DNA of 63,954 nucleotides, the filler included, from Perkinsus chesapeaki ATCC PRA-425 (Eukaryota; Protista; Perkinsozoa), in NCBI GenBank assembly GCA_013115145.1. It is 12 parts of 12 records of this genome, joined end to end, with 100 filler letters (N's around TTAATTAATTAA, not from the genome) between each part and the next. Parts side by side here need not be neighbours in the genome. Positions count along the whole stretch, not along the records: positions 59,170 to 62,760 come from JAAPAO010001385.1; positions 62,861 to 63,954 come from JAAPAO010002213.1; 10 more parts are not named here. One strand, written 5' to 3'. Position 1 is the first letter of the stretch. Each line of letters starts with the position of its first letter. The position numbers and the translations under genes are program-made. Under the pieces are notes generated by a model, which saw only the letters and a list, made by a program, of their open reading frames with translations, searched no databases and was not told the DNA's origin. Positions 61,551 through 63,954 of the stretch are shown one piece after another.

Positions 61551-62760
61551 ATGGGATCGGAGAAAGATTATGATGGTGCACCGTCCGGGAAATCGGATCG
61601 GTTCAACTTTCTTCGATCTACGGTATCTGGTATTATGGAGACTCAGGGTCGTCATAGTGGTTCTTCGACGGCTCTATTATCTGAACGGTCTCTCCGTAAG
61701 TTGGAGGACCCTTGTCTCGCGGTATCTAATATCGTTGGTTTAACGGCGTGTGGTCTCTACGGCATCGCTGATGGTTTCAGCTTTGTAAGTCCAAGTGGCC
61801 ATACCCTTCAACTAAGCCCAAAGGCGTTCGCTAAGTCTTGGTCTCTTGCAAAACCTCAACGTTTCGATGAGCCCTTTTGGCGAAAGCTGCTCAACATCCT
61901 AGATGCTGCCCGGTTGACTGCTCCTTTACAGTTATGCATTCTTAGTTGGATTTTACCGCATGATAAGGCCTTGGTTGTGCAAGAACACTGTCTGAACCAT
62001 TTAGCTGCTTTACTGGCTTGGAATGGTATCATCTTGCCGGCTGAAGATGCTGCAGTAGATCCCGTTCGAGATGCATCGGTTGCTCTCAAGGTTAAGAAGT
62101 GGTTGGAGAGCTGTTATCAAGTACTCGCTGAGGTGGTTAAGGAGCTTGATAAGGACTTCATTGAAGTTGATAGTTCCGTTTATCTGCAGAAGTGGTCTTC
62201 CTTTCGACCGGTCACTGGTACTTCTTGGGGAAGCTATTGCGTTGCTGAACGTCGTCTTGCGGCTGAAGTTGAGTACGTCCGCTTGGATTCTGGTGAAGGC
62301 TGGAAGATTCGACGAGATCATCTTGTTGCTGCCCTGCGTCAGTTTTCCTTTTTTAGCGATACTGCCAATCAATCGCAATGGCTGCCGAAGTTGAATCTTG
62401 CTAACAGTCTGCCAGCCTTTGATAAAGTTCTTGAAGATTTGGTTTCTTTGTATTCTCCTCTCACCCTTGACCAATTGTTGGGGTCAGTGGGAGAGGAAGT
62501 GCAATTCAAAGTGGTTAAAGGTGTTAACGCGGCTAAAACTGCAACTTCTCCTTCGGCCGAATCTATTACTCCGACGGGCGGCAAGAGTGCACCACGGGGT
62601 GTTTGTCGTCTTTTTGCATCAACTGGACATTGTTCTTATGGAGACCTTTGCAAGTACCGCCATGTGAAGGAGAGTTTTGTTGCTCCTAAGCAAGGTGATA
62701 AAAGCTCTTCGAAGACTGTATCGGCTGGGCCTACTCCTTCGGTATCGAGATCCAGTCCAA
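61551..62760 (+). mobile_element. Gag-like retroelement ORF with a C-x8-C-x5-C-x3-H zinc finger; truncated by contig end
   Basis: Intronless ORF of more than 400 aa with T-ending codon bias like the pol fragment. It has a helical body, LQKWSSFRPVTGTSWGSYCVAERRLAAE (retrotransposon-Gag-like pattern), a low-complexity linker and CRLFASTGHCSYGDLCKYRH (62604-62663). Confidence 0.55.
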
Positions 62761-62939
62761 NNNNNNNNNNNNNNNNNNNNNNNNNNNNNNNNNNNNNNNN
62801 NNNNTTAATTAATTAANNNNNNNNNNNNNNNNNNNNNNNNNNNNNNNNNNNNNNNNNNNNATCTCACATAATTCCATACCAGACAGTTTTGACGTGTCTA
62901 CCTGTACACTGCCACGACACCAGGGCAAAGACTACCAGG

Positions 62940-63415
62940 CAAGGAATGCGCCGCCCGCACCGTTGTACATGCGTGTGATGGAGCGGGCGGCGCACAATAA
63001 ATAACACTTTCCCCTCGGGATTGAGAGATGGTTAAGATAACAATGGGCTTAATATGATGATTATGAATGGCATATCAATGGAGCACTTAAAACTCGAGCG
63101 CCCGACGAAGTCCTCGTTCATATAGACGAACACAAGACGAGAAGGGAGTCAATAAAGGCTTCTTACTTAAGTTACACTCGCAAGGGTAATTAGCTATGCA
63201 CATACGGTATGTACAACGGAGCGATCGGCGCATAATGAATAACACTACCCCTCCGAATATAGAAGTGGCCCAGATAACAATGGGCTTATTTTGATGGTTA
63301 TGAATGACATATCAATGAAGTACTGAAAACTTGAGCGAGCGAGGAAGCATTGTGCGCCACCCGCACCGTTGTACGTGCGTGTAATGGAGCGGGCGGCGCA
63401 CAATGAATAACACCT
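62940..63415. repeat. Diverged ~240-bp tandem duplication carrying a GC-rich stem-loop
   Basis: AGATAACAATGGGCTTA...ATATCAATG occurs at ~63035 and ~63273. GGAGCG..CGGCGCA(C/T)AAT(A/G)AATAACAC occurs three times. Stem-loops lie at 62947-62994 and 63348-63405. Confidence 0.85.
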
Positions 63416-63954
63416 AGATAGATGCTGCAAAATAAAAAGGAACGGGAAGAAGATAAGCAACACAAATGCAAAAGGATGCAACATATATAACTGAGCCTGC
63501 GAAGCATAATAATGTTCGTTGTGTCATAGAGACAGATAAGTTTATGGATAAGTCATATCGTAGTCTTTCTGGACAGCATTATAGCTTTCTGGGAAGCATT
63601 ATAGTTAGTGTGAGGAATCCATTAGGAGGTGATCAATGTCGGGGGCTTCTACTAAAAGGTTATCGTCAGTTAGCTATGAATCAATCTATGCGTGATACAT
63701 AATGTATCTACCAGTGTGTCTGAGCATTTATGTAGTTGACAGTAATATCTGATCGAGTACGATCTTGTATATGAAGAATTCGATTAGAGAGACTGATGTG
63801 TCCGAGCGGTGCGAGCAAAACTAGGAAGAGGGTGACAGGTTTTTCACAACTCTCAAAATTACAACCGTTGCGAAAGTAATCCCGTAATTAGCAACGTGTT
63901 GCATTTAACTGCGATGTTTCGAACAGTGCTGCAGACGTTAATATTTTGGATAAA

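Noticed and set aside
6501-62860. Recurrent TTAATTAATTAA motif flanked by N runs, and ORFs ending in ...XXXLIN
   Set aside because: Artificial contig-joining linker with stops in all frames; not biological.

Overview
Eukaryotic, intron-containing DNA that looks like a perkinsid alveolate (Perkinsus-like). This is inferred from the short GT/GC-AG introns, the gene content and the retroelement types, and was not confirmed by a search. The window is not one locus. It is about 12 unrelated contigs or scaffolds joined by artificial 100-bp spacers (44 N + TTAATTAATTAA + 44 N), with three further N gaps inside tandem repeats, so gene neighbourhood across spacers is meaningless. Recognisable genes: a pepsin-family aspartic protease, a secretory cyclophilin (5 exons mapped), a frameshifted papain-like protease, a helical-repeat (HPR/OPR/RAP-like) protein, an ankyrin-fused NAD-glutamate dehydrogenase, a GH19 chitinase, a Ty3/gypsy pol fragment, a PB1-domain protein, a biotin-protein ligase, a CAMK/CDPK-like kinase, an EF-hand-like protein, an aquaporin, several small secreted proteins and a Gag-like ORF with a CCCH finger. 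The most unexpected signals are: (1) a large excess of short-spacer palindromes, mostly with a 1-nt G/C centre and often packed back-to-back into ~100-bp cassettes; (2) six dispersed tRNA-3'-half-like sequences, one with an A-box/B-box/T6 Pol III layout; (3) a duplicated integrase Zn-binding module; (4) a CCCH-type Gag; (5) minisatellites starting just after splice donors. I see no CRISPR array, rRNA or intact tRNA.
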